Of a stretch of 37,430 bases of DNA, positions 28,021 through 36,697 are shown one piece after another. The translations under genes were made by a program, and so were the position numbers. How positions within the stretch are numbered: position 1 is the stretch's first letter; every line of letters starts with the position of its first letter. Origin of the DNA: a virus (Duplodnaviria > Caudoviricetes); IMG/VR virus record IMGVR_UViG_3300012352_000690, positions 1 through 37,430 of that record; one strand, 5' to 3'. The notes below the pieces were generated by a model. That model did no database searches. It saw only the letters and a program-made list of their open reading frames with translations, and was not told the DNA's origin.

Positions 28021-28214
28021 GATAACAATTCGTAAATTAGCGCCGCAATGGTGATTCCCATCGCGGCTATTAAAAATGACATGAGTGTTATTAGCATTTC
28101 ACCTCGTTGAGCCCTGCGCTCATCCCGTATCTCCCGTTCAATATCGGGAACAAGTTCGGGTTGGATCTGTTTTGCCCGCTTAAGGGCTTGTTCTAACTCA
28201 GAAAGGTAAGTCAT
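28017..28214 (-). CDS. Small protein with C-terminal TM helix
   Basis: ORF coupled to neighbours. Confidence 0.6.
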   Translation of the reverse strand: MTYLSELEQALKRAKQIQPELVPDIEREIRDERRAQRGEMLITLMSFLIAAMGITIAALIYELLS

Positions 28215-28575
28215 CGCTGTCGGGGGCTACAGGGTGAGAAGCTGTCGGAGTAGTGTAGTTTGCCTTGCTGTCGTAAGTCTGATTTTCTTGCTTCGCACCG
28301 CCTCCGAGAAGCTGAATTTGTGTGCTTGAGATTCCGACCTGAACCTGGTCGTTATATATAGAGAACTTCGGGCTGCCCTCTACATATACCTTATCTCCTT
28401 TACGTAGATACGGCTGCAGCGCCGTTTGGCTGCTAAGAACACTGAACCACTCTGTTACCTTATTGTCCCCTTTGCCTGTATTCACGGCAACGGAGAAGGA
28501 AACCGTTTCGCGACCGCCGATTTGCTTGATTTCGGCATCCTTGCCGATTGTGCCGATGATTGTGATTTTCTTCAT
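28198..28575 (-). CDS. ssb: Single-stranded DNA-binding protein (start at 28575, MKKITIIG)
   Basis: IIGTIGKDAE, FSVAVN, TEWF, YLRKGDKVYVEG and acidic DDLPF tail. Confidence 0.93.
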   Translation of the reverse strand: MKKITIIGTIGKDAEIKQIGGRETVSFSVAVNTGKGDNKVTEWFSVLSSQTALQPYLRKGDKVYVEGSPKFSIYNDQVQVGISSTQIQLLGGGAKQENQTYDSKANYTTPTASHPVAPDSDDLPF

Positions 28576-28615
28576 ACTTGTGTCCCCGTATCGCCGATAG
28601 GGCAGCGGTTTTTTG

Positions 28616-28828
28616 TTATAAGTCTTCTGCCGTATGCCAACTCCCCGAGTTGATAGGGGAATCGAAATCATTTTCCTTCCTATCTCCACCTCTTGATCCT
28701 TGGTTGTAAACAACCTTAAAATCGGACTTTCGCTCTTCATTTGAGCGAATATCTCTCAGCTCCCCTCCAACTGCTTCTGCGAAGGAAGAAGCGTTTTTTT
28801 GATTAGTGAATCTTACTGTTTTTTTCAT
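28616..28828 (-). CDS. Hypothetical protein
   Basis: ORF whose start region is similar to that of ssb. Confidence 0.65.
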   Translation of the reverse strand: MKKTVRFTNQKNASSFAEAVGGELRDIRSNEERKSDFKVVYNQGSRGGDRKENDFDSPINSGSWHTAEDL

Positions 28829-28842
28829 ACTTGTATTCCCTG

Positions 28843-29070
28843 TTACGCTAGGGGAGCGGTTGGTATTAATTCTTGATTTGCGTCGTCAAATACAATTTTG
28901 TATTTAACATTGTCGATAACAGCGTATTGATTACTGTTACCTAGTTTAATGATACGACCAGTGCCGTAACTAAAAATTTGATGTCCGCTGATTACTCTAA
29001 TAAATTCTCTCATATTTCTGTTTGTTTTAAATTGTTTTACAATATTACTATTAATATTAATACCTTCCAA
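28843..29070 (-). CDS. Hypothetical AT-rich protein (start uncertain)
   Basis: Fills gap in operon. Confidence 0.5.
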   Translation of the reverse strand: MEGININSNIVKQFKTNRNMREFIRVISGHQIFSYGTGRIIKLGNSNQYAVIDNVKYKIVFDDANQELIPTAPLA

Positions 29071-29392
29071 GTATTTCTGTAATAATTTCCTGAAATTCTT
29101 TTAAATTCCTTACAATGTAAACCGAATACCCAGCTCCCCGCCAAATTGCATGAATTGTTTTTTGCCAAGCCGATGATATTCCCGTTTCCGTTTTTAACTC
29201 AAAACCGTAAACTGTACTATTTGCAAGCAAAAGCAAATCTGGAATCCCTGGCACTAGCCCCATTCTTGCCAGCCGCGCACCGTCCACTTTGTTACGCGGG
29301 TTGTTATTTATGTGGAAGAACAGCCCCCTGTACTCAGGGTGTGCCGAGTTGAACCACGCGACTATTTCGGCTTGGATTTCGTCTTCGGTCAT
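29057..29392 (-). CDS. VRR-NUC domain endonuclease
   Basis: EDEIQ, GLVPGIPDL, FELKT and SAWQK PD-(D/E)xK motifs. Confidence 0.9.
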   Translation of the reverse strand: MTEDEIQAEIVAWFNSAHPEYRGLFFHINNNPRNKVDGARLARMGLVPGIPDLLLLANSTVYGFELKTETGISSAWQKTIHAIWRGAGYSVYIVRNLKEFQEIITEILGRY

Positions 29393-31797
29393 TAGAATGC
29401 CTTCACCTCGTTAAAAAAATAATACCTCTTCACTGTTCCGTTTTCGCGTTTTTGATAGTCTGGATTAAACTTAGGCCACTTCTCCCGAATCGCTTTATTC
29501 AACTTCTGCATCGAAGGTCGGTACTGATGCGGAATCATTAATTCCTCGTAATATGCAATCAAATCTGCCTTAAACGTGCCTGTACTTACTTCACCAAACG
29601 ACTTCCAATCCTCCAATTTCGCTTCTAGCAATTCCGCAATAACAGTTCCGTACGTCTGCACAAACTGCTTCTCCTGCCCCCCCTTCGATAGTACCACGTT
29701 CGATAGTTTACACCCTCCACGAATCCACAGCATTATACTTTCGGCAATCATCGTATCAAAGCCATTCCAATCATTTTCATTCCAGCCGTTCGGGAAATGA
29801 CAGCCGAAATGCTGGTCGATACCTCCACAGCGCGTAAAATAGTCCGTAAATTCTATCGGAATAATACGTCTGCGTAAACCTCCGTCGGTAACTTCGTAAG
29901 AAAAGTTCGTCTGAATGATGAATTTCGGCGAATCTTCAACCTTAACTTCTACTTCGTCTTTGAATAGTTTTTTCCAAATCAAACTACCAGATGTGGGCTC
30001 TTTTAAAAACTCAAAATCGAAGTTTTTCGGAACATCCGAAATGGCCATTACGCGCTGCCCGTTCCACGACTGAAAGAATTTTTCGTCGAACTTTACCTGC
30101 GAACCGTTCTTATTCGTGTAGGTAGTCGTGTTGCTAAGTAGGTTACAAAAAACATTTTTCCCCGACCCTCCACCGCTCTGCGGGTCTGCGCATTCTTCCG
30201 TCAAGACGATCATGTACGCGGTTGTTTCATCTTTCCAGTCGTGTGAGAGGAATCCGAGTGCCTTTTTTATATGCTCGCTCTGTGTGTCGAAGTTCGTTGC
30301 TAGTTTTAAAAATTCTACGTACTTGCCTCCTTCGTAATATTTGTAATCCCTAGATTGCACCTTTTCGGCAAAAACTAATCTGTCTTTTAATGTGTCGTAA
30401 GTAAAAAAGGCTGGACGGTCTTTGTTTATATGCAAATATCCGTTGCTAAAGAACTTATAAGCGACATCACGCGTATCTTTTACGATTAAAGTCCTGTCTA
30501 AAACCTCTAGTCGTTTCATTATGTAGCTGCCAGATCGCTGCATAAAGGATTCGAATACGTCGCAAATTTCCTCGTATTCGTCCGCCTCCTCCTCTTTTAT
30601 GTACGATTTAAGCACGTCCTGAAATGCCCGTTCGTCGGTGCGCTCAATCTTAAATCCTTGAATCCTGACTACGCCCCCGCGGTCGTACCGGAATCCTAAA
30701 CCTTGTGAAACCTCGATTATCCTTTGCCGCGAAATTGCGCGTTCGCCTTTGTTGTTATACTTCCAAAATACGCCGTATGGGTATTTCTCCTCGATTTCGG
30801 CTCTTTCCTGTTCTAGTACCTTTTTTGCCTCCTCGCTGAAATTCGCGGGCGCTGATTTGCCTTTTTCCGCAAGTTTTTTCGCTTGTTTGCGTTCAAATTC
30901 GGGTTTTAACTTTCCGTACCCCTGTTCAACAAGGGCTTTGTACATTGCTTTCCCGTCCTTTCTATACCTAAGTAAGTACAATATATAAGAGGGTGAATAC
31001 GCCCTCGCTTCTTGTAATTCGGTTGATGAGGTGAATACGTAGAAACACCCTTTTGATTTAATGTAAGAGCCTGATACTCCCGAGTCTTTGCCGTCGCGGG
31101 TAAAGTGTACATATTGCTTATTTTCTTTAAACCTTTTCCACCCCCCTTCTTCTAGCGCATATTGCGCTTCATTGCTTGCATTATAGTCCTCGAAAGGGTC
31201 TGATGAGTAATTTGTATTTGTTTTCGCGCGCGGTTTTCTAGGTTGTAGGACTTTCACTTCGCGCTCGCACAACGACTTCGCCAGTGCAATTAGATTGCAC
31301 CGTTCCGCGTAGGTTATTTCCTGAATTTCTGCGTTTTGAATAACCACGTAACCAGCGGACGGTGGTACCAGTGCGTAACCTCCTTCGCCGCGCGTTTCGA
31401 TTGTTGCCATTTTCCCTTCTTGGGGATAGGCAAGTTTTTTGTTACCATCTGCTTTCCCGTCGGAAATTTGGTAGCGGATATGGTGACCACCAGAAGGAGT
31501 TTTTACGATAGATAGCTTGGCGAACGTGGAGGGGAAGAACTCCTTTATTAAAGCAAAATAGCGTGCTGAAATACCTAACAGGTTCTTTTCGTCGATGTCT
31601 ATAATTTCAAGGTTTCCGCTCACTTCGCCGCAAATTACAGCAACGGCGTTTGTTCCGAACTTGATTAACTGCCTTGCTAATTCGTCGGGAGACATTGCCG
31701 ACTTCATATACTGCTTCCAGTCCGCGTAGGGTGTTTTCGCTGCGTGCGTCGCGGTTGCAGCGTCCCGAACGGGAATAAGGGATAAGGGTTTTTGCAT
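29392..31797 (-). CDS. Bifunctional primase-polymerase fused to P-loop (SF3/D5-like) helicase
   Basis: IIDIDEK, TPSGGHHIRY and ETRGEGGYALVPPS prim-pol motifs. Walker A GGSGKN, ISD, IQTN and RRRII helicase motifs. Confidence 0.9.
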   Translation of the reverse strand: MQKPLSLIPVRDAATATHAAKTPYADWKQYMKSAMSPDELARQLIKFGTNAVAVICGEVSGNLEIIDIDEKNLLGISARYFALIKEFFPSTFAKLSIVKTPSGGHHIRYQISDGKADGNKKLAYPQEGKMATIETRGEGGYALVPPSAGYVVIQNAEIQEITYAERCNLIALAKSLCEREVKVLQPRKPRAKTNTNYSSDPFEDYNASNEAQYALEEGGWKRFKENKQYVHFTRDGKDSGVSGSYIKSKGCFYVFTSSTELQEARAYSPSYILYLLRYRKDGKAMYKALVEQGYGKLKPEFERKQAKKLAEKGKSAPANFSEEAKKVLEQERAEIEEKYPYGVFWKYNNKGERAISRQRIIEVSQGLGFRYDRGGVVRIQGFKIERTDERAFQDVLKSYIKEEEADEYEEICDVFESFMQRSGSYIMKRLEVLDRTLIVKDTRDVAYKFFSNGYLHINKDRPAFFTYDTLKDRLVFAEKVQSRDYKYYEGGKYVEFLKLATNFDTQSEHIKKALGFLSHDWKDETTAYMIVLTEECADPQSGGGSGKNVFCNLLSNTTTYTNKNGSQVKFDEKFFQSWNGQRVMAISDVPKNFDFEFLKEPTSGSLIWKKLFKDEVEVKVEDSPKFIIQTNFSYEVTDGGLRRRIIPIEFTDYFTRCGGIDQHFGCHFPNGWNENDWNGFDTMIAESIMLWIRGGCKLSNVVLSKGGQEKQFVQTYGTVIAELLEAKLEDWKSFGEVSTGTFKADLIAYYEELMIPHQYRPSMQKLNKAIREKWPKFNPDYQKRENGTVKRYYFFNEVKAF

Positions 31798-31814
31798 AGG
31801 AATTTCGGGATTAA

Positions 31815-31838
31815 AGCCCCACCTCGGAAGGCAGGGCT
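31815..31838 (-). terminator. Hairpin just upstream of primase start (possible attenuator)
   Basis: AGCCC...GGGCT stem followed by TTAAT on -. Confidence 0.4.
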
Positions 31839-32008
31839 GAAAAAAGGAGTGGTAAGTTAAGCAAGTTTTTCGAGTTCTGATTGGCTTAGACCGATTTTCA
31901 TTAATTGTTGAAACAGCGGCGTTGCGTACTTATTTGCGCGGGCGTTTACAGGTATGGTATAGGCAGTTGTTTTTATTGTACTAAAAAGTAATGCCTTTTT
32001 TTTGTTTT

Positions 32009-32281
32009 TTAAATTTCTGGACTTATTTGATACTTGTTTTGCCTATCTACTTTAAAAAATTTAGGAACATTGTCTTCGATAAGATAATCGTAATAAGGGA
32101 TAAAGTCATTTTCTGCTATTTCCTCAAACAAGTCAGATTCTCCGTATATTTCGAAATAATCATAATTTGGATTATTTTCAAATTTGACTGAAAAAGGGAT
32201 AAATACTCTAAAAATAGCTAGTCTATGTTCAAGACTTTGTGTGTAAACAAGCTCTGGGATTCTTAATATTCCTCTTTTCAT
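32009..32281 (-). CDS. Hypothetical AT-rich protein
   Basis: 90-aa ORF downstream of structured leader. Confidence 0.65.
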   Translation of the reverse strand: MKRGILRIPELVYTQSLEHRLAIFRVFIPFSVKFENNPNYDYFEIYGESDLFEEIAENDFIPYYDYLIEDNVPKFFKVDRQNKYQISPEI

Positions 32282-32287
32282 AAGTGT

Positions 32288-32390
32288 AAAAAAAATGCCC
32301 CATACAGGTAGCAGACTGAACGGGGCGTGTTTCTATTTAAAGAAACTAGGTAAATGCTCTTGATACCTGCTACAACATCAGGAGCGTTTA
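32288..32390 (-). ncRNA. Candidate structured RNA or leader with complementary loops and terminator
   Basis: Hairpin 32351-32390 and terminator hairpin 32288-32327 carry complementary loop heptamers. -7 box TAGTTTTG at 32397-32404. Confidence 0.5.
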
Positions 32391-32536
32391 TGATTACAAA
32401 ACTACAAAAATTCTAAAATAGTTCACGATGTAGGAAGTTTTTTTTCGTCCGTTTGTTAAGGTCGAACGGTTTAACCGCCAACGGTACAAAAAAAATGCCC
32501 CGACCAGTAACGACTCCGAGCGGGGCGGGCAACTTG

Positions 32537-32698
32537 CTACTTTTTTGTTCCCGAAATAGCACACTTGCAGCCGGGCTTTCCCCCCCTACTCATCGCCTCT
32601 AAGACAATGGCATTTAACTTTTTAGAAGCCGTCCAGTCGCCTTTCGCCAGCCAATCGGCAACCTCTTTATCTACACTATAACTCTTAATTACTTTCAT
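32537..32698 (-). CDS. 53-aa ribbon-helix-helix (CopG/Arc-like) DNA-binding protein (not in ORF track)
   Basis: MKVIKSYSVDKEVADWLAKGDWTASKKLNAIVLEAMSRGG...: beta strand plus two helices pattern. Confidence 0.6.
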   Translation of the reverse strand: MKVIKSYSVDKEVADWLAKGDWTASKKLNAIVLEAMSRGGKPGCKCAISGTKK

Positions 32699-33011
32699 AT
32701 TGTCTTAATTTTTCTGTCCAGGTTAATAATATATCAACTATCTCTTCTTCACTAAGCTGTTCATTCTCAGCCAGCACCTCCAAATCCTCATCATCCCAGC
32801 CTTCCACGGGGTCGAAATAATACGAGTACTTGAGGCTGAGAAAATTATCTAGCGTTCCTAGTAGGTGCTTTGAGCGTAATCGCTCTAAGTTAACCCCCTC
32901 TGCCTCTATCAGGATTATCTCATCCTCGATTAAATCAACCGCCTTCCGCACAATGCGCTGCGGTAATTCCCCGTGATACGGGTTCGGCTCTTCCATTTCG
33001 TTTCTAATCAT
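32685..33011 (-). CDS. Hypothetical acidic protein (ATG 33011 overlaps upstream stop)
   Basis: ORF with ATGA coupling. Confidence 0.65.
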   Translation of the reverse strand: MIRNEMEEPNPYHGELPQRIVRKAVDLIEDEIILIEAEGVNLERLRSKHLLGTLDNFLSLKYSYYFDPVEGWDDEDLEVLAENEQLSEEEIVDILLTWTEKLRQYESN

Positions 33012-33808
33012 ATTATTTGTTTTTTTGCCCACGCTTTAAACGCGTGGAATTTTGCAATAATTAATTTACTTGATTCGTCCTCAATAGGCGCGTTGGGTAG
33101 CGTAAAACTATCAACCCACTCATGTAGATTCGCTGTTTTGCGTTCAACTTTCCGCGCGGCTTCCTCTACTTTCCGCGCTGCTTCTGCAATCGCTCTGCGC
33201 TCTTCAGCCAACCGCGCTGCTTCTTTCCGCTGCTCTTCCCGAACGCGGGCAATCTCTTCGCGCTGTTTCTCATCCAATCGGATTTTTTCCGCTTTTGCTC
33301 CTGCCAAAACCATGTTATAGGTCTCCTCAGTCATCAAATCCAACCCAGGAGGGTAGGAAGATGTGAACTGGCTTAGTTCCGACCAACGAGCGTCACGCAA
33401 CGCGGCGCGGCGTTTTTCTTCTTGTATATCCTCGTAGCGGATTACGTCCGCGAGTTTTTCCCGTGCGTGCAGCAGCGGGTGTTTTATCTTGTTTCGGAGC
33501 GCGTCAACGTATCTCGACGCGCTTAGGTAGTATTCTTTTTCTACCTTGTGAATTTTGTCCGTATCCCGAATAAGTGCCGCAATTTGCTTGTCTAACACGC
33601 TTGCTGCTTTAATTACGTCAGGCGTAATTTCCTGCCTTGCAAGAGCGTTAAACGCCTGTTGCAGATTCTCGGCTTCCTGAACTTTGGGTACAAAGGATAA
33701 CTGAATATTCACAGCCTTTTCTGGCTCCAGTTTGAACTGGCTTGGGTTGATTAACGCGGGAAGAACTTCCCCTGTTTCTTGGTCTAACAATTGAATGTTA
33801 TTGCCCAT
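33008..33808 (-). CDS. Coiled-coil phage protein (DUF1351-like)
   Basis: Long E/R/A-rich heptads, IHKVEKEYYLSASRYVD segment, lies in replication/recombination region. Confidence 0.55.
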   Translation of the reverse strand: MGNNIQLLDQETGEVLPALINPSQFKLEPEKAVNIQLSFVPKVQEAENLQQAFNALARQEITPDVIKAASVLDKQIAALIRDTDKIHKVEKEYYLSASRYVDALRNKIKHPLLHAREKLADVIRYEDIQEEKRRAALRDARWSELSQFTSSYPPGLDLMTEETYNMVLAGAKAEKIRLDEKQREEIARVREEQRKEAARLAEERRAIAEAARKVEEAARKVERKTANLHEWVDSFTLPNAPIEDESSKLIIAKFHAFKAWAKKQII

Positions 33809-33810
33809 GA

Positions 33811-34008
33811 TTAAGATTTTTTTTGTGATTCAATTGAGATTTGGCCTTCAAATAGAGAGCCATCCCAAGCATTAAATATGGCCTGAATGTGTTCGATTGA
33901 ATAATGGTCTTCACAAGCGGAATCTCCGCCGTATATTACGTTGTTAAATAACGTGATAGCGTAGTAGCCGCCAACCCTTTCTTCGATTTGTGCATATTTC
34001 TTTTTCAT
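33811..34008 (-). CDS. Hypothetical protein
   Basis: ORF preceded by repeated leader motif. Confidence 0.6.
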   Translation of the reverse strand: MKKKYAQIEERVGGYYAITLFNNVIYGGDSACEDHYSIEHIQAIFNAWDGSLFEGQISIESQKKS

Positions 34009-34025
34009 AATGTCTATTGCCCGTG

Positions 34026-34386
34026 CGCAGGGCGTGCGTTTAAGCCTACTCCGCGAAGCGTTTCGGCGCTTGTTTTTTTATAATTCTACACAGTAAGCGT
34101 AGTTGTACTTGCTCACGCCGTATGAAATTTGCACATATCTGCCTTTAATTTGGCCTACGCCTCCACTCCCTATTGCGCGGTAAACGACCGTAAACCCTTT
34201 TGATTCTAACTCTGAAATTCTTTCGCGAACTGTTCTGAATCTTGCAATTGTTGAATTGATTGATAATACTGTTGAATTTTTCATGATTTTGTGTTGTTTT
34301 AAGAGGATTTCCCCAGTTGACTTGTCGATAAATTGAATATTATTGCCCATAGTAAGTTTGCCCATATCGCAGGGCGTGCGTTTAAG
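34026..34386. repeat. 19-bp direct repeat CGCAGGGCGTGCGTTTAAG at 34026-34044 and 34368-34386
   Basis: Exact match, each copy part of a GCCC/GGGC hairpin upstream of a start codon. Confidence 0.85.
34078..34350 (-). CDS. Hypothetical protein whose N-terminus duplicates that of 33008-33808
   Basis: MGNNIQFIDKSTGEIL versus MGNNIQLLDQETGEVL. Confidence 0.6.
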   Translation of the reverse strand: MGNNIQFIDKSTGEILLKQHKIMKNSTVLSINSTIARFRTVRERISELESKGFTVVYRAIGSGGVGQIKGRYVQISYGVSKYNYAYCVEL

Positions 34387-34414
34387 TGGATATTACTTCC
34401 TCTGCAACAATTTA

Positions 34415-34702
34415 TTAATTATTGTGAGAGATAACTATTTTAGAATTGACTGTTTCTTTCCCTTTTTCCAAAAGGGCTTTTATACGGTGAGCTCCATCGA
34501 TAATGGTGTAAAATCCGGGGAAGCCCTCCTCTTCCTCAAGGATAACGCAAGGGTAATCACTACCCTGTGTTATCATGTCCCTGTATTTTTTCACCTTATC
34601 CCAGTTTGTTATAAGGTTTTTGTAATTAGTATGACTAATCTTAACCTCCTTAGAGGTTGTAGTGACATTAACGTCCCATCCTTGAACTTTAACTCTTTCC
34701 AT
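34415..34702 (-). CDS. ParB/Srx N-terminal-like domain protein (start at 34702)
   Basis: YPCVIL...YTIIDGAHRIKAL motif. Confidence 0.72.
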   Translation of the reverse strand: MERVKVQGWDVNVTTTSKEVKISHTNYKNLITNWDKVKKYRDMITQGSDYPCVILEEEEGFPGFYTIIDGAHRIKALLEKGKETVNSKIVISHNN

Positions 34703-34729
34703 TTTCGTCTTTGTTTTAAATTGATAGTA

Positions 34730-34761
34730 CAAAGTTAATAATATTATTAATACGTGTCAAG
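34730..34761 (-). promoter_or_regulatory. Early promoter (CTTG-N20-TAACTTTG) with 16-bp palindrome in the spacer
   Basis: -7 box at 34730-34737, -33-like box at 34758-34761, TTAATAATATTATTAA at 34735-34750. Confidence 0.65.
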
Positions 34762-34789
34762 CGTCTTCTTAATAATAATAATATTTTTT

Positions 34790-36154
34790 TTACACCCTTC
34801 TATCCTTAAATCCTCTTGCTTCACCTAATTGCCTAACTACCCAGCCCTGTTTATACCCTGCAACTTGTGCAAACTCCTGCAAAAACGCTGCTCCTTGCGT
34901 CCGAGCCACCCGCGCGGCGTAATGTGGATTCTTGCTAGTTCGTCCCCACGCGTGCAATTCCGACGCGGTTAAGGATGAGAGCATACGACCTCCCGATAAT
35001 TCTACTAATTGCGTTTCTTCCACCTTTGCCCTGCGCGCACCAGGGAACTTATGCCCGCATTCGGCGCACTCCCCTGCGTGTATTGTGTTAATCGCTAAGC
35101 ACTTCGGGCATAGTTTCGCAGGTGCAACTCCCGACTTATCCCGCACTTTTCCCTGCCACATTTCCGCCCAGTCCCGATGCATATCCCAGCGGCCGAACCT
35201 GCTTCCGTTTGCGCCGTAATCCAGCACCGTGAACGATTCCTTCCCCTCCGCGACCCTGCCTCCGCGTCCGATCATCTGTAAATACAGTGCTAAGGAAGTT
35301 GTCGCACGATATAGTACAATAAAATCTAATGTAGGGTAATCGTACCCCTTCGTCAGCGACCCGACCGACACACATATATCTACAACGCCCCCCTCAAATT
35401 CCCGTAACTGTTCTCCTGCATCCTTTTTTTTACTATGCACAACCGAAACGCGCCCTGAAAACCTTGCTGCGACGCGTTCACACATCTCTATACTACTTGT
35501 ATATATCATGCACTTGCGGAATTTTTGCCCCTGCAAGTCACGTATCATCGTGTCGATTGTCTCATCTTCTCCGAATGCAAGTTTTTGCGTTTCTTCCGAA
35601 AATTCGCCCGCAATTCGCCGTAATGCGCCTAATTTTGCGCCTAAACGCTGAAAGTGCCTGTAAGGTGTCAATCTGCCTAATTCTACCAGCCCTCCGACTT
35701 GCTCCCCTACTACACAATTTTGATAAATTTGAGGTAGATGTTTTGCAACACGAAAATCTGGCGTAGCCGTAAACCCTAACAGATACGCATCAGGCAGCGA
35801 TTCTAGTACTTTATTGTGCGTACCTATATGCGCTTCGTCTGCGATTACTAACAATCTATCACCTAATCTTTGCAACCGCTCTAGCTCAACCTGCCGCCGC
35901 ATTAACGTCTGCGACATCCAAACTTCAACAGTCCCCGCACCGACTTCCTCCCGAATTTGCGAAGCAATAGTAAGCGATTCCGACAATATAATAACAGTAC
36001 GCCCGCGTGCTATTGCGTCCGCTGCGATAGTCACAAATATTTTAGTCTTGCCGCCACCGGTCGGAAGGCAGGCAATGACGCGTTTATTTGTGCGTAATGC
36101 GTCGCGGAGTTGTTCCCGAAACGCAACCTGGTAAGGGAATAGGGTAAAATTCAT
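34790..36154 (-). CDS. SF2 DEAH helicase with C-terminal zinc finger (RadD/YejH-like), start at 36154
   Basis: LFPYQ, PTGGGKT, DEAH, TATP, GYDYP, QMIGRGGR and CPKC..CAECG motifs. Confidence 0.92.
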   Translation of the reverse strand: MNFTLFPYQVAFREQLRDALRTNKRVIACLPTGGGKTKIFVTIAADAIARGRTVIILSESLTIASQIREEVGAGTVEVWMSQTLMRRQVELERLQRLGDRLLVIADEAHIGTHNKVLESLPDAYLLGFTATPDFRVAKHLPQIYQNCVVGEQVGGLVELGRLTPYRHFQRLGAKLGALRRIAGEFSEETQKLAFGEDETIDTMIRDLQGQKFRKCMIYTSSIEMCERVAARFSGRVSVVHSKKKDAGEQLREFEGGVVDICVSVGSLTKGYDYPTLDFIVLYRATTSLALYLQMIGRGGRVAEGKESFTVLDYGANGSRFGRWDMHRDWAEMWQGKVRDKSGVAPAKLCPKCLAINTIHAGECAECGHKFPGARRAKVEETQLVELSGGRMLSSLTASELHAWGRTSKNPHYAARVARTQGAAFLQEFAQVAGYKQGWVVRQLGEARGFKDRRV

Positions 36155-36318
36155 TAGTCGATTAAGATTAAGTTCCCGAACGCTAATTGCCGCGCCAGTG
36201 TGCCACGCGGGTTCTCGTACTCCAGTCCGCCCTCTTTTGCCCACCATTCGCGGCCGTTTTTGTCAATTCGCACGGTGTAAACTTGTCCAGCGCTCGCTGC
36301 TTTGTATTTTCTTTTCAT
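36154..36318 (-). CDS. 54-aa hypothetical protein (start at 36318, MKRKYK)
   Basis: TAATG coupling to helicase. The upstream extension in the ORF track runs into repeats. Confidence 0.6.
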   Translation of the reverse strand: MKRKYKAASAGQVYTVRIDKNGREWWAKEGGLEYENPRGTLARQLAFGNLILID

Positions 36319-36344
36319 ATTGCAAAGTAAGGAAATTGTATTTT

Positions 36345-36651
36345 TGTAACAAAATTGGCTAGTGTACCAAACTTTGTAACAAACTTTTTTATATATAATT
36401 GCCTGATTATTAGGCTTGTACCAAAGTACCAAACTTTTTTCGCCTACTATATATATTTATAAAATTATTTCATTTTACTATATGTGTTTACAAACACTAA
36501 TAAAAATATTTTCTACTTTATACTTATCTATTTATTAATAGAAGAAAAGTTTGGTACTTTGGTACATCGCTGATTTATAGATAGTTACGTGTTACAAAGT
36601 TTGGTACAAGTCTGTTACAAGTTTGGTACAAGGGGTACAAGTTTGGTACAA
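36345..36651. repeat. Putative replication origin: inverted iteron arms around an AT-rich core
   Basis: Exact 22-bp inverted repeat 36417-36438/36545-36566, exact 18-bp inverted repeat 36363-36380/36591-36608, many GTAC(C)AAA and GTAACAAA units. Confidence 0.7.
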
Positions 36652-36672
36652 GGAGGGGATTTTGTATATTTG
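36642..36672 (+). promoter_or_regulatory. Consensus Bacteroidota promoter for the rightward (packaging/late) transcript
   Basis: TTTG (36642-36645), N19, TATATTTG (36665-36672). Confidence 0.75.
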
Positions 36673-36697
36673 TAATACTAATCTAAAAAGCTACACT

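Noticed and set aside
28576-28740. N-terminal extension of SSB in the ORF track
   Set aside because: Overlaps the 28616-28828 gene. The OB-fold begins at MKKITIIG (28575)
31857-32000. Open frame ending ...LMKIGLSQSELEKLA on - strand
   Set aside because: No start codon except near its end. It may be a remnant but cannot be supported as a gene
34055-34078. AAGCGT-TTCG-GCGCTT hairpin with T-run on +
   Set aside because: Could be a + strand terminator, but no + strand gene or promoter was found upstream, so it was not called
36155-36697. Upstream extensions of helicase, 36154-36432 and 36623-37387 ORFs
   Set aside because: They run through a neighbouring gene, promoters or origin repeats. Downstream ATGs with coupling or promoter support were preferred
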